IMG/VR virus record: IMGVR_UViG_2923649072_000003
Location: 1 to 64,000 of that record
Reading direction: 5' to 3' (one strand)
DNA length: 64,000 nucleotides
Source: a virus
Lineage: Duplodnaviria > Caudoviricetes
Shown: one piece after another, positions 46,542 to 56,884 of the stretch
How the letters are laid out: each line of letters begins with the position of its first letter
Position numbering within the stretch: position 1 is the first letter of the stretch
Notes under the pieces: generated by a model
Database searches by the model: none
Seen by the model: the letters and a program-made list of their open reading frames with translations, nothing else
What the model was told of the DNA's origin: nothing
Program-made: the position numbers and the translations under genes

Positions 46542-46814
46542 ATGTCCAGTACCACGACCATGCTCGAGCTCCCGATGGACCACGAGCAGATCCAGGCGAT
46601 GCTGTCCCTCGCGATCGGCGCGCTCGGTGAATCCCGGCTCCTGATCGACACTCTCGGCCGCACCGGATACGCCGTCGACCCCGAAAAGCTCCACCAGGCG
46701 CAGTACGGGCTCATGCAGATCCTCAACCACGTTCCCGACGGGCATCCGGCGCCGAAGCTGTCGCAGGTGCACGCCGCGCGGGTCGAGACCGCGATGACGG
46801 GGGTGACCCAGTGA
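46542..46814 (+). CDS. hypothetical protein
   Basis: GC3 bias, coupled to next gene. Confidence 0.55.
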   Translation: MSSTTTMLELPMDHEQIQAMLSLAIGALGESRLLIDTLGRTGYAVDPEKLHQAQYGLMQILNHVPDGHPAPKLSQVHAARVETAMTGVTQ

Positions 46815-47248
46815 GGCGGAACCGGCGGGTCATGACGATCCCGTGCACGGTGAAACTCAGGCAGGCTCCGGCGCGGCACATGCAGCCGGTGATGTTCTCG
46901 TTCGATGCGGCCGAGCCGTTCGTCGTCCGGCTGGAAGTCCAGACGTCAGTGGAGGGAATCTTCGCGAAGTTCAATGTGTCACGGGAACTCCTGGCCAACG
47001 GATCGGGCGTGGCCGCGGGCGACCTGAAGCACCGGGTGTACCCGGATGACGGGCAGATCGTCATCAACCTGACCGACGAGAAGGGCACCATCACGTTCCG
47101 GGCCCTGCGCATCAACATCGACGCGTTCCTCGGGCAGACGTACCAGATCCGGCCCGTGCAGGCCGACGCCCCGTCCCTCGACGTCGACCCCAGTCTCGCG
47201 GCGGCTCTCGATGCGTGGATCGAGCACAGTCTGAAGGAGGCGTCGTGA
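46811..47248 (+). CDS. SsgA-like protein (SALP; sporulation/cell-division family)
   Basis: F...EPFVV.L...SRELL..G...AG....RVYP...I.L....G...AFL.QTY...LDVD pattern. Confidence 0.75.
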   Translation: MRRNRRVMTIPCTVKLRQAPARHMQPVMFSFDAAEPFVVRLEVQTSVEGIFAKFNVSRELLANGSGVAAGDLKHRVYPDDGQIVINLTDEKGTITFRALRINIDAFLGQTYQIRPVQADAPSLDVDPSLAAALDAWIEHSLKEAS

Positions 47249-48108
47249 GCATCTCTGGCGACCGTGAGCACCGGAAGGCCCTGACCTGCCAGCGGCGCAA
47301 GCTGCGGATCGTGCAGGGGCGCCGCGACCGGTGGATGCGTGACCTGCTGCGTCTGCCGGCTCGTGGGGATCGGACGTTCGCCGAGCAGGACTTGGCCGAA
47401 TGGCTTCACGGGCAGTTGATGCAGGTCGACGCGAAGGCTGACCTGCTGGCCGCGGACCTGTACTCGATCGAGGAGGCAGCATGACCGCGCGCACCGAACA
47501 CCTGCTGGTGATCGCTCGCCAGCGGCGGGAGCAGGTCGAGGCTGAGCTGTCCGCGCTGGACGCTCAGATCGACGAGTTGCAGGGTGGTCGGCCCGGGAGT
47601 TTCGTGATCGACGTGGAGAAGGCTCCGCCCGCGATGGAGGCGCTGCTCGCGGACCCGGTGGGGTTCCACCGTCGGGCGCTGGCCGAGCAGGGGGTGGAGG
47701 TCTGATGGGCGCGGGGATGCTCGCGGTTCCTCGCCAGTGTCGTCAGGTGCAGGCTCCGGCGCCGACGTCCGATCACGCCCTGCGCGAGTACCTGGCGAAG
47801 CTGAGGAGGGAACGGAACCGGCTGCTGGATCAGGCGGACACTGCCCGCGTGAAGGCGTATGCGGCCGATCTGGCGGCTCTGGCTGTGGAGCGGGAGATCG
47901 CGCACGTGACGGATGGGTGGGCGTCGTGAGCGCGGCGGGGGTCACTGAGGCCGACGAGATCCGCTTCAGCGTCCACGCGCCCCGCTCGACGTCGGATGCT
48001 CTGCTGGCTCTCGCGTCCCGGTGGGTGCAGGTGTCGTCGGAGCAGCGGTGGTCTGGTCGTGTCGTGGTCCGGGTGGGCCGGCTGCGGGTCGGGGTGGTGG
48101 TCGAGTGA
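47245..48108 (+). other. small coupled ORFs 47245-47484, 47481-47705, 47705-47929, 47926-48108
   Basis: overlapping start/stop codons, RBSs. Confidence 0.5.
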
Positions 48109-48605
48109 GCGCCCGGATACGTCGTGCGACGGCGGAGGATGCGTCTGCCGCGCGGGAGGTCGACACGCTGGCGTTCCCCGCGGCCGGCGTGGTCAGTCAC
48201 CGGTCGGATCCGGGTGGCGTCGAGGCGTCCGTGGTGGCGGGCGAGGTGTTGGTGGCTGAGGTTGACGGGCGGGTGGTCGCGTACGCGCAGCGTGAGCCTG
48301 TCGCGGCTGGGGTCGAGCTCCTGAATGGGATGGGTGTGATCCCGGATTTTCAGGGTCGGGGGTTGGGGCGGCGCCTGCTGGGGCGCATGTGCGCGGAGGT
48401 TCGGGCGGCCGGGCTTGAGCTGGTGACGGTGACGTCGCCCCTGAATGTGGTGATGTTGTCGGTGCTGATGCGGGAGGGGTTCGTCGTGACCGCTTACCTG
48501 CCGGATTATTTCGGCCCTGGGCGTGATCGTCTGGCGCTTCAGCTGGGTACTGGCGGGGTGCTCGAGTCGCCTTACCGGTGGCCGGCGATGCAGGGACTGT
48601 CGTGA
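48105..48605 (+). CDS. GNAT-family acetyltransferase
   Basis: IRRATAED, VAEVDGRVVAY, V.PDFQGRGLGRRL acetyl-CoA motif. Confidence 0.85.
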   Translation: MSARIRRATAEDASAAREVDTLAFPAAGVVSHRSDPGGVEASVVAGEVLVAEVDGRVVAYAQREPVAAGVELLNGMGVIPDFQGRGLGRRLLGRMCAEVRAAGLELVTVTSPLNVVMLSVLMREGFVVTAYLPDYFGPGRDRLALQLGTGGVLESPYRWPAMQGLS

Positions 48606-49133
48606 GCGAGCCGGAACGCGACGACGACCTTGTCTACGACTCGTGGCCGGACCTGGATCCGATCAGTTTCGTGTCCGAGCGTCGCGGCCTCGGCCTGGTG
48701 CTCGCCGCCTTGTCGGTGCTGGTCATCGTGATCGTGTGCGTGGGTGCGTTGTGAGCCCGGACGTGCTGCAGGAGTGGCGTCGGTACGAGCGTGCGAACGA
48801 GGCCGCCCGTGAGCGTTACGACGTGGATCGGGACTCGATCGACGCCCGGTATGACGTGGTCCGGCCGGGGAAAGAGGGCTGGTACGTGCGTGATGTGGTC
48901 AGGGTGGCGTGAGTGGCTTCTGGACCCCGGGACCTGACGTCGAGCGGCCGAGGGTTACGGTCACGGGTGTGCAACCAGGGATGGACGATGCGACGCTCAC
49001 GGAGCTGATGGGACCGAAGTGCCCCGAATGTGGCTGGCGCGGTGACCAGCATCGGGTGCCCGTGATGGACGTACCCGCGTGCTCGAGCTGGGATCCGGCG
49101 GTTCAGCCGAAGCGGGTCCGGCAAGAGGGCTGA
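48602..49133 (+). other. small coupled ORFs 48602-48754 (TM), 48751-48912, 48909-49133 (CPEC)
   Basis: GTGA overlaps. Confidence 0.5.
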
Positions 49134-49146
49134 CAAAATGCGTGCA

Positions 49147-49179
49147 GGCCCCGCACTCAGGATCGAGGAGTGCGGGGCC
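49147..49179. terminator. bidirectional terminator
   Basis: GGCCCCGCACTC/GAGTGCGGGGCC stem between convergent genes. Confidence 0.7.
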
Positions 49180-49182
49180 GCT

Positions 49183-49449
49183 TTACGCGTCGGGCTCGTA
49201 CCTGCTCCAACCACGGTGAACGAGCAGCACGCCTTTCCAGGGCCACTCGCCGTGATCTTCTAGCCGCCACGACTGCAGCATCATCTGCCGGCCGATCTGG
49301 ATCATCTCTGGCTGGCCGAGTGAGGCGCGGTCGCAGGTGGTGTCTTGCGCGGTGATCTGGATCTCCCAGTCGCCCTCGTCGAGCTGCCAGGCGTGCGCGA
49401 AGTGCCAGCGGGCGAGGGTCGCGAGTTCCTGCGGGGTCCAGTCGAGCAT
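49183..49449 (-). CDS. hypothetical protein
   Basis: TAGCCT 6 nt upstream (leaderless). Confidence 0.5.
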   Translation of the reverse strand: MLDWTPQELATLARWHFAHAWQLDEGDWEIQITAQDTTCDRASLGQPEMIQIGRQMMLQSWRLEDHGEWPWKGVLLVHRGWSRYEPDA

Positions 49450-49458
49450 GGGGGCAGG

Positions 49459-50019
49459 CTAGTCCTGGTCCCCGGGCTTAATGGAACCCCCGACCTTTAG
49501 GACTTGGGCGAGCCGACCTCGATGACGGACCCACTCCTTGCCTGCCGCGTCCCGGAACTCGAGGATCAGTGCGGCCGAGTAGGAGTCATTGGGTTTGACC
49601 AGGCTCATCGAGACATCGCGAATGTCGGTCGCTTGCGGCGGCAAGACCTCAAAATTTATTGGCTCGGCGTTGCCGTCGAGAGCGCGGACCCGAACCTCAT
49701 AGACCGGCTGATTTGAGAGGTTGGAGATGTGCAGGCGCGCAAGTGACGGGCCGGGCTGGCCCATCTCGGCCATCGATTGCGGCGTGTAGTCGGGGTCGGG
49801 CTTCACCTCAAACCAGGCGCCGATCAGTCGAGCCTGCTCCCTAATACTTTGCATCTCATTCGCTGCGTCGCGGCCCCGCTCAACCTGCAGCAGGTTGTGG
49901 CTACTCGCCGCAGCTCGCTTCGCGTAAACCGCGGCGACACTGGCTGCGATCAGCGCCCCTGCAGTGCTGAACCCTCCGATGATGTCCGCCCAGTCAACCC
50001 ATGTCCCCAATGCGCCCAT
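49459..50019 (-). CDS. membrane-anchored moron-like protein
   Basis: N-terminal TM, E.....QA..I.AW, F.DA.G..W.R motif; lower-GC codons. Confidence 0.6.
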   Translation of the reverse strand: MGALGTWVDWADIIGGFSTAGALIAASVAAVYAKRAAASSHNLLQVERGRDAANEMQSIREQARLIGAWFEVKPDPDYTPQSMAEMGQPGPSLARLHISNLSNQPVYEVRVRALDGNAEPINFEVLPPQATDIRDVSMSLVKPNDSYSAALILEFRDAAGKEWVRHRGRLAQVLKVGGSIKPGDQD

Positions 50020-50109
50020 GGCGCGCATTATGCCGGGCCTACCCCAGCTCCCGAAGCTAAAACGACCTGGCGATTCAGGTTACGAACGAGTCGTGCCGAG
50101 GTCGGCCGC

Positions 50110-50406
50110 ATGATGAGACCGATCGATTGGTGGCGCGACGAACTGCGGGAGACCGAGCGTCGGGGGATCGCTAGTGGTGGGGGCTTGGATGACGGCGAGT
50201 TTCCTGACGAGCGTTGGCCGCTTGTGGTCCAGGCTCGCAGGTGGCATCAGGCGACAGTGGAAATGCGAGTCACCGCCGTTGAGCGGTCTCGCGAGCAGCG
50301 CATTGGCCGAAGCCTGCAGAACGATCCTTCCCATGACTTCATCCGATGGGTGGACAGGGAGGCGTCCGTGGAGTTCTGGGCCTTTCCGCTCGCCGGCGAC
50401 CGGTAG
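50110..50406 (+). CDS. hypothetical protein
   Basis: GAGG RBS; weak support. Confidence 0.4.
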   Translation: MMRPIDWWRDELRETERRGIASGGGLDDGEFPDERWPLVVQARRWHQATVEMRVTAVERSREQRIGRSLQNDPSHDFIRWVDREASVEFWAFPLAGDR

Positions 50407-50408
50407 CG

Positions 50409-50912
50409 ATGTCCTGGGAGCCAGTGATTCCTGGCGTGTTCGCTCTTGGGGGTGTGCTCTTGAGCATGACCGGAGGAGCCGTGTCTGCGACTTACAGGAA
50501 CCGTCGGGCGGACCGGGCTGAGGTTAGGCGTGGTCGCGATCAGAGGCTTGTGGCCGTCTCGGTGGAGCTGTCGACGTTCGTGGCGAACATGATTCCGATC
50601 GTGTCTGACGATCGGCTCACGCTGGGTTCGCTACTGTGGAAACAAGCCCACCAAGAGCGTCAGCACCTCCTGGAGCGCAACGTGCGGGTGTACGCGAACG
50701 TTCGGACACTTCGTTTTGAGTTGCTGAGGTTCGGCCCCGACCGGGGGGTCCCGCTTGTCGACGAGGCGCTGACCCTGATGGAGAAATCGCAGCACGCGGT
50801 CACCCGCGACCCGATAGGTCGCGTTCCTGACAAGGCCGCGAATGCAGTGCGCGAATGGCTGGTTCGCTTAAGGGGCATCGCTGACGATCTCGCAACGCTG
50901 GCGCCAAACTAG
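50409..50912 (+). CDS. membrane-anchored moron-like protein
   Basis: N-terminal TM then helical domain. Confidence 0.55.
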   Translation: MSWEPVIPGVFALGGVLLSMTGGAVSATYRNRRADRAEVRRGRDQRLVAVSVELSTFVANMIPIVSDDRLTLGSLLWKQAHQERQHLLERNVRVYANVRTLRFELLRFGPDRGVPLVDEALTLMEKSQHAVTRDPIGRVPDKAANAVREWLVRLRGIADDLATLAPN

Positions 50913-50916
50913 CGAA

Positions 50917-50947
50917 ACGGCCCACCCCCGGCGCGAGGGTGGGCCGT
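50917..50947. terminator. bidirectional terminator ending the late operon
   Basis: ACGGCCCACCC/GGGTGGGCCGT stem. Confidence 0.7.
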
Positions 50948-50968
50948 ATCGAGCAAGCCGGGCATGCC

Positions 50969-52579
50969 TTACGAGACCAGGCCGCGTCTCGTGAGGTTCT
51001 CCATGGTGAGCTGCGCGACAGACAGTGCCACCCCCGCGCCCGTGACCGACATTCGGAACTGCATCGTCGTCGCGCCAGCCGGCACGGTCTCCTCTGCGGT
51101 CCAGACCGACCAGGACGGCACGTCGGCTGTCAGTTGCAGGTCGGTGAGGTTGCCGGGCGTGACGCCGCCGCCGTAGAAGACTTGCAGGCGGACGGCTCCC
51201 GAATTGATGTCCAGGCCGGACACTTTGAGCATGAACCCGACCCGGATGCGGTCTCCGGCAACGAAGTCGGTGCCGACGGCAAGGGCGGGTCCCTCGCCGA
51301 TGCGGATCGCGTATGCGCCTCCCGTGATGGTGAAGATGTTCCCCGCGATCCCGGTCTCCGTGGTGATGCTGCCCGTGGAGGTCGGCTCGCCGTAGAACCC
51401 CCAACCGGTGGGCGCGGTGGCCCCATTGACGGCGGGCAGGAGCGCGCCGTTCGAGGTGCCTCCGGTCTGGTTCTGGCGGGCGCCGAGCATCGTGCCGGTG
51501 TATCTAGGGTCGATCGACATCCACCCGAGTGCGGCGCGGGGGAACATGTCTTGCAGTTTCGACCACGCATTGACGCCCATGTCTCGCTGCGTGAGGGCGT
51601 CAGGGTGGACGCCGTCTTGCGTCATGCCCGCCTTGAAAAGCCCGGTGGCCGCGTCGGTCAGGATGAGGTACTGGTCGACGAGGGGCAGGCCGTACTTCTG
51701 CGCGAGACCTAGCGCGACCTGACGGATCGAGCTGATCTGCGTGGCGAGAGGCACCGCGGGGGAGACGCCGGGAATGTTGCCGGGAACGTTCTCGGTCGAG
51801 TTGCCCGACCCGAGAACATCGGCGGTGGGCGGCTGCTGGGCCGTGGGGGTCAGGCCGTTGTCGACGAAGTAGGGGTACGTGTCGGCGCGTCCGTAGCCTT
51901 CCCCGATCCCGCCGATGAACCCCCACGTCGATGATCCCTGAGTCCGCCGGTAGATGTGCCAGCGTGCGACGTTCTGCCGCGGCCATTTCAGGTTCACGGT
52001 GCCGGTGGCCGAGAGAGTCACGGGCACGGTCGCGACCGGTAGCCCTTCCTGGCCGCCCGCGCCGCCGGACACCCTTCCCGTGATGGTGTATTCGTAGCTG
52101 CCGGCTGCGAGAGTGCCGGAGCTGGTGAAGGTCGTAGCGGTGATCGAAGCCGTTGACGGAGAAACAAATTTCGGCATGCCCCGGGGCGGGGGAGTCAGGA
52201 GCCCGACAGCTATGCCCTTGGCCCGGGCCTGCTGGATCATCGATTCGAGACTGGCGAGAGTCTCCGTGGTCCAGTTGATGTCGTTCGTGCCGGTCGCGAT
52301 CAGGATGATCCTCGAGTTCTCGCTCAGTACGTCGTTGGGGAATCGCGCGGCGATAGCCGTCGTGCGCTGGCCGCCGATCGCGTAGTTACGGACCAGCCGC
52401 ATCCGCCCGCCGGACGCGAGAGCCATGTACGTCGCCCACGTGTCACCGTGACTGTTGTTGGTGGCCGACGAGTTTGCCTGGGTGATGCTGTCGCCCGTGA
52501 CGACCGTGGAGTAGCCTGGCTGAACACTCTTCGGCACCCCGCCACTCGGCGTAATGCGGGCGGAGCTGAATGCGCTCAC
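50969..52579 (-). CDS. SGNH/GDSL esterase tail-associated protein with inserted beta domain
   Basis: GDSIT, GTND, DGVHP; CBM-like C-terminus. Confidence 0.8.
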   Translation of the reverse strand: MSAFSSARITPSGGVPKSVQPGYSTVVTGDSITQANSSATNNSHGDTWATYMALASGGRMRLVRNYAIGGQRTTAIAARFPNDVLSENSRIILIATGTNDINWTTETLASLESMIQQARAKGIAVGLLTPPPRGMPKFVSPSTASITATTFTSSGTLAAGSYEYTITGRVSGGAGGQEGLPVATVPVTLSATGTVNLKWPRQNVARWHIYRRTQGSSTWGFIGGIGEGYGRADTYPYFVDNGLTPTAQQPPTADVLGSGNSTENVPGNIPGVSPAVPLATQISSIRQVALGLAQKYGLPLVDQYLILTDAATGLFKAGMTQDGVHPDALTQRDMGVNAWSKLQDMFPRAALGWMSIDPRYTGTMLGARQNQTGGTSNGALLPAVNGATAPTGWGFYGEPTSTGSITTETGIAGNIFTITGGAYAIRIGEGPALAVGTDFVAGDRIRVGFMLKVSGLDINSGAVRLQVFYGGGVTPGNLTDLQLTADVPSWSVWTAEETVPAGATTMQFRMSVTGAGVALSVAQLTMENLTRRGLVS

Positions 52580-53790
52580 GGGGCGGCAGCCGCAACGAGA
52601 TCCGGAAGATTACTGACGTCGAAGACGCCCACCTCACCGATCCGAGCCTGTACGTTCTGACCAGTCGGCAGGCCTACCTGCATCACGAGGTTGAGTCCCG
52701 TGACTCCGGCGGGGACGGTGTAGATGCTCTGGATGAAGTCGGGGACCCTCGGGATGAGGGCGCCGAAGTTCGCGCGGGACACGAACGCCTGGTCGTGCAG
52801 GCGTAGAGCAACGGTCGCGGTCGGGCCGGCGCCCTGGGCGGCGTTGTAGTAGCCGCCCGCGATGTCGACGACCTGCATCCGCGCGGTGATGAGCAGCTTC
52901 TGGCCAGGCGTGACGGTGCCGACCGGGTAGACGAAGTAGCGGTTACCTCCGGAAGCTGTTGCATCAAAGGCCATCTGAGCCCATTTGCCGAACCGCAAAG
53001 TCCCAGAAGTGTCGGTCACCACGGAGTATGTCGGGGCCGTGCCGGTGCCCCCCGGCTGCTCGTACCAACCCGTCGTGTTCGTGAGGAACTGCGGGTTGGT
53101 GATCATGTTGAACGGGCCGCCGACTGAGTCGACGATGTGTGGCACGTCTGGGGTCAGCAGCTCGAGAAACGCCTTGACGAAGGCTTCAGCGATCTTCTGG
53201 TGGCCGACCGTCTCAGGGTGGATGCCGTCGGTGTCGTAGCCGCCCGCCATGCCGTAGCCGCCGCCGCTGACCAACGCGCTGTAGACGTCCGCGATCTTGA
53301 TGCCCTGGGTTGGCGCCCAGATCCGCAACCATGCGTTGAACTGGGCGACCCGCAGGTGATTCGCGGCCGGGCGGGATCCGCCGAGCGGCGGCGTCGTGCC
53401 GATGATCAGCGTTATGCCGTCCTGCCTCGCCTTCGCCGCGATGCCCTTGATGGCCGCTGCGTACCTTGAGAGGTCCTGCTGCCCGGCATCGTTCGTGCCC
53501 GCCATGAGCATGACGACCTGGGCGCCGTTCGCGCGCACGTCCATGTCGTACCGGGCGAGCATCTCGTCCGACCGCTGTCCCGGGTAGCCGCGTTCGATCC
53601 AGTTCTGGCTGATCCGCCCGCCGAGCATCTTGGCGACCTGGTCCACGAATCGCTGCCCCGCGCTGGCGGTGCTGCCATGGGTGATGCTGTCGCCGAGGAA
53701 GACCAGCTTCGCGCCCGGCGGCGGAGGCTGGGTCGGCGTCCCGGGCCAGCGCGACTGCTGCGGCGCTGAGGTCACGATGCGGGCGGTCAT
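52576..53790 (-). CDS. SGNH/GDSL esterase tail-associated protein
   Basis: FLGDSIT, GTND, DGIHP; true start ATG 53790 coupled to upstream stop. Confidence 0.85.
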   Translation of the reverse strand: MTARIVTSAPQQSRWPGTPTQPPPPGAKLVFLGDSITHGSTASAGQRFVDQVAKMLGGRISQNWIERGYPGQRSDEMLARYDMDVRANGAQVVMLMAGTNDAGQQDLSRYAAAIKGIAAKARQDGITLIIGTTPPLGGSRPAANHLRVAQFNAWLRIWAPTQGIKIADVYSALVSGGGYGMAGGYDTDGIHPETVGHQKIAEAFVKAFLELLTPDVPHIVDSVGGPFNMITNPQFLTNTTGWYEQPGGTGTAPTYSVVTDTSGTLRFGKWAQMAFDATASGGNRYFVYPVGTVTPGQKLLITARMQVVDIAGGYYNAAQGAGPTATVALRLHDQAFVSRANFGALIPRVPDFIQSIYTVPAGVTGLNLVMQVGLPTGQNVQARIGEVGVFDVSNLPDLVAAAAP

Positions 53791-54479
53791 GCGGGCAGCT
53801 CCGCCCCGCAGAGGGTGAAGGTGCACGCCGGTGCGGTGCCCGCGCCTGCCGGGCCGCCGGAAGTAGTGGCCGTGCCCGTGTCGGTGTAGCTGAGGGTGCT
53901 CTGGCCGGTGACCGCGGCCAGCAGGCTCAGGTTGCCGCTGCTCGTGCCGCGGTACACCTTGTAGCCGGTGGCGCCGCCGACCTTCGGCCAGGACAGAGCG
54001 ACGGACGAGGTGGAGCCGGTGACCGCGACCGGGCCGATCTCGAGGCAGGCCGGCGACTCCCCCTTCGCGTTCGTGGCCGCGTACCGGTAGAAGTAGCTCC
54101 CGGCCGCCAGGGTGCCGCCGGTCGAAGACGCGACGGACGACATCTGCGGCGCCATCGGGATCGAGTCCGACTGCCCCCACAGGGTGTCACCGGGCCGCAG
54201 AGTGGTCGGCACGTCGCTCTCGTAGGTCGAGTTCGCCGGGATGACCAGCCCACCGACGAGCGACTGACTGCCGTTGGCGGTCTGACCCTGCTTCACCTGC
54301 AGAAGCTGGACAGCCACGGAACTGTTGGTGGGGTTCGCGATACGGATGCTGGTGACCTGTGTGCGCGCACCGCCACCGGTGGCTCCGGGCGCGGTGTAGA
54401 CGGTTTCGCCAGCGACCGCGGGCTGGTCGAGATAGAGCCGGTCGAGGTTGACCCCGAGGGCCGAGAGCGAGATTGGCAT
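53787..54479 (-). CDS. structural protein with FN3-like domain
   Basis: GTL.AGSYFY...GES...LSW..V.GATGYKVYRGT..YTDTG. Confidence 0.65.
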   Translation of the reverse strand: MPISLSALGVNLDRLYLDQPAVAGETVYTAPGATGGGARTQVTSIRIANPTNSSVAVQLLQVKQGQTANGSQSLVGGLVIPANSTYESDVPTTLRPGDTLWGQSDSIPMAPQMSSVASSTGGTLAAGSYFYRYAATNAKGESPACLEIGPVAVTGSTSSVALSWPKVGGATGYKVYRGTSSGNLSLLAAVTGQSTLSYTDTGTATTSGGPAGAGTAPACTFTLCGAELPA

Positions 54480-54489
54480 GGGGGTCTCC

Positions 54490-54798
54490 TCAGAGTCCGA
54501 TCAGGGAAAAGATGAGGGCGGTACCGGCGGCGTCTGTAGCCGAGATGTTTCCGGCCGTCCCGCCGGGACCGTAGGTGCCGGGGAGTGCGCCGAAGGCCGT
54601 ATTCACGTCACTGGTGTTCGCCTTGCCGGTCAGGGCGCTGGCTGCGCCGCTCGCCGTCGACTGTGCGGCACCAGCTGCTGCGAGCGCCTCGTCAGCGACC
54701 TGGGCTGCGGCAAAGATGCCGTCTTGCATGTGCTGGTCGCGGGCGGCGTTGTACGGGGTCTGCCCGTCGGTGGCGGGTGCGGGCTTCGTGTAGGTCAT
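54490..54798 (-). CDS. small tail fibre/adaptor protein
   Basis: TPYNAARDQHMQDGI N-terminal motif, Ala-rich. Confidence 0.55.
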   Translation of the reverse strand: MTYTKPAPATDGQTPYNAARDQHMQDGIFAAAQVADEALAAAGAAQSTASGAASALTGKANTSDVNTAFGALPGTYGPGGTAGNISATDAAGTALIFSLIGL

Positions 54799-54809
54799 GT
54801 GAGTTTCCC

Positions 54810-56339
54810 TTACAGGTCGCCGGGGTTCACGCCGAGCGCGGTCAGGTCGAGGATGTCAAGGCAGCCGAGGCGGAACTTGACGTGCGCTCCGGTGGGTAGG
54901 CCAACCTTCCATTCGATCTTGCATGTGGTCACGCCCGTCGGGAGCCGGAACATCGTCAAGAACGGACCGGGGGTCGGGTCCCACGTGTTCGTCGCCCCGG
55001 AAATACCCGTGTATAGGACGCTTCCGTTGTCGGACAGGACACTGACGCCCCACCCGCCCGCGCCAGTCCCGAACGCTGCGACACCACCGGAGATGTCCTC
55101 AAGCTCAACCTGAGCGACCAGCGCGCACAAGCCGCCGGCGGTCAGCCCTGTCATGCCCTTGGCCAGCCCCGTGAAACCTCCTTGAGTGGCCGTGCAGTCG
55201 AGTTGCGCCCACTTCCCGGCAGCCAAAGCGGAACCAGCGGCCGGATCCACGCAGGCATAATCAGGCGTCGTCATCGTCGAGCCGAAAAGCGCCTGATAGC
55301 CAGTCGGGCCGCCGCCAGCAGTCGCCATCAGCGGGTTGCTGTTCACGCCCACACCAGCGGACGCGATCAGAGGCGCGACGGGCGGACGGACCGCCGCGAT
55401 TGCGGGCCCGATCACCTTGCCCATAGCGATGTGACCGGTGTTGACCGGGTGGATGCCGTCGCCGTTGTGGTCGCTGCGGATCCAGCCCGTCGCAGGGTCG
55501 ACCATCGCCCGGTGCGTGTCGGCGAGTGGCACGTCGTTCGCGGGCGCCCACTGCCTCAGCCAGAGGTTCTGCGCGTTGATGAACGCCCGGCGGTCGCTTG
55601 CGTTCGCGACGGTGGACCCGACGGGCGGCACCGTTCCGATGACCATGGGGATGCCGAGAGCGCGGACCTTCGCGCGGATCGCCTTGATGTTCGACTGCCA
55701 CTGCGCCAGCGTGTTACGGCCGAAGTCATTCGTCCCGGCGAGCAGGAACACGCCGCCGGGCTTCGTCGCGATCACATCCGTGTCGAACCGGTTGAGGAGC
55801 TGCCCCGAGTCCTCCCCGGGGAAACCGCAGATGCTGGAAATACCGCCAGCGGGCGGGTTCTGGGCGCCCGGAGCGGCAGGCGACCGAAGGTTCGCGACGC
55901 GTGCCGTGCCGCCCGCCGTTGAGACCGCCACGTAAGGGAAACTCACGCCCGGGTCTGCGTTCGCGCCGTTCGTGATGCTGTCCCCGAGGAAAGTCCACGC
56001 ACGCCCGGCGATCAACCGGGTCGGCGCGGCGCTGCTCGTGTACGCGAACGCCAGGGATGGGCTCGCCGCGATCTGCGGCAGCGACATCGTGGCGGCGGCA
56101 CCGAGACCAAGGTTGTTACGGGCCGCCACGGCCGAGGGGAGGTCGGCAAGGTTCGACGACTTCTGCACCGACCCGGCGATGCGGGTGTCGCCCTGGATCG
56201 CGGCGTCTACGCTTTCGCTGAGCTGTTCCTGCGAGATGACGCGGGCCAGAGCAGCTGCAATCGCGGCGTTCTGGATGACAGAGGCGTTACCCGGGTCGAG
56301 ATGGACGCCGGAGCCCACGAGGGAGCCTGGTGCGGTCAT
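54810..56339 (-). CDS. tail fibre/spike with SGNH esterase domain
   Basis: NLADL..ARNNLGLG fibre motif; FLGDSIT, GTND, DGIHP. Confidence 0.85.
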   Translation of the reverse strand: MTAPGSLVGSGVHLDPGNASVIQNAAIAAALARVISQEQLSESVDAAIQGDTRIAGSVQKSSNLADLPSAVAARNNLGLGAAATMSLPQIAASPSLAFAYTSSAAPTRLIAGRAWTFLGDSITNGANADPGVSFPYVAVSTAGGTARVANLRSPAAPGAQNPPAGGISSICGFPGEDSGQLLNRFDTDVIATKPGGVFLLAGTNDFGRNTLAQWQSNIKAIRAKVRALGIPMVIGTVPPVGSTVANASDRRAFINAQNLWLRQWAPANDVPLADTHRAMVDPATGWIRSDHNGDGIHPVNTGHIAMGKVIGPAIAAVRPPVAPLIASAGVGVNSNPLMATAGGGPTGYQALFGSTMTTPDYACVDPAAGSALAAGKWAQLDCTATQGGFTGLAKGMTGLTAGGLCALVAQVELEDISGGVAAFGTGAGGWGVSVLSDNGSVLYTGISGATNTWDPTPGPFLTMFRLPTGVTTCKIEWKVGLPTGAHVKFRLGCLDILDLTALGVNPGDL

Positions 56340-56372
56340 GAGATCTCCTGAAGTTGAAGCGTCCGGTACATG

Positions 56373-56876
56373 TCAGGCCCCGATCACGAAGGGCACCGCG
56401 AGGTTCGGGCCGATGACCGAACCGCCTGGGTCGGGAATCGCGCTCGGTGCCGTCCACGCTGCCGTCGTCGCCGAAGTCGCCATCAGCACGTACCCGGCCT
56501 GCGGCGTGCCGGACACGGTCACACCGCGGATCCGTGCCACGGTTGGCGCCTCGGCGGTGCCGGCCAAGTCCCCGGCTGGCCGGGCGTACGTGTTGCGGAA
56601 GGCGTCCTCAGACGCGAGCTGACCGACGGAACGAGTCGCCGACGAGCCAAGCCCTAACGCCACCCGGCCCGTCTGCGCGTTCACGTTCGACAGGTCGTCC
56701 CGCGCGAGATTGCTGGTCGCGAACTCTGCGACAGCCTCCGCGACCGCCTCGGCCAGCTGTTCTTGCGTGACGACACGAGCGAGCAGATTGGCGATTGCCG
56801 CGTTCTGCACGGCCGCGAAAGTCGCGGGATCCATGTTGACCGCCGAGCCCACTCGCGAGCCAGGAATGCCACCCAT
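56373..56876 (-). CDS. tail fibre-like protein
   Basis: N-terminus paralogous to 54810-56339; R.ALGLGSSAT, GDLAGT..PTV motifs. Confidence 0.65.
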   Translation of the reverse strand: MGGIPGSRVGSAVNMDPATFAAVQNAAIANLLARVVTQEQLAEAVAEAVAEFATSNLARDDLSNVNAQTGRVALGLGSSATRSVGQLASEDAFRNTYARPAGDLAGTAEAPTVARIRGVTVSGTPQAGYVLMATSATTAAWTAPSAIPDPGGSVIGPNLAVPFVIGA

Positions 56877-56884
56877 GTTGCCTC

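Noticed and set aside
8218-54180. Extended N-termini in the ORF track (8218, 10417, 12134, 25493, 30380, 54180)
   Set aside because: they overlap upstream genes; internal coupled starts with RBSs fit better
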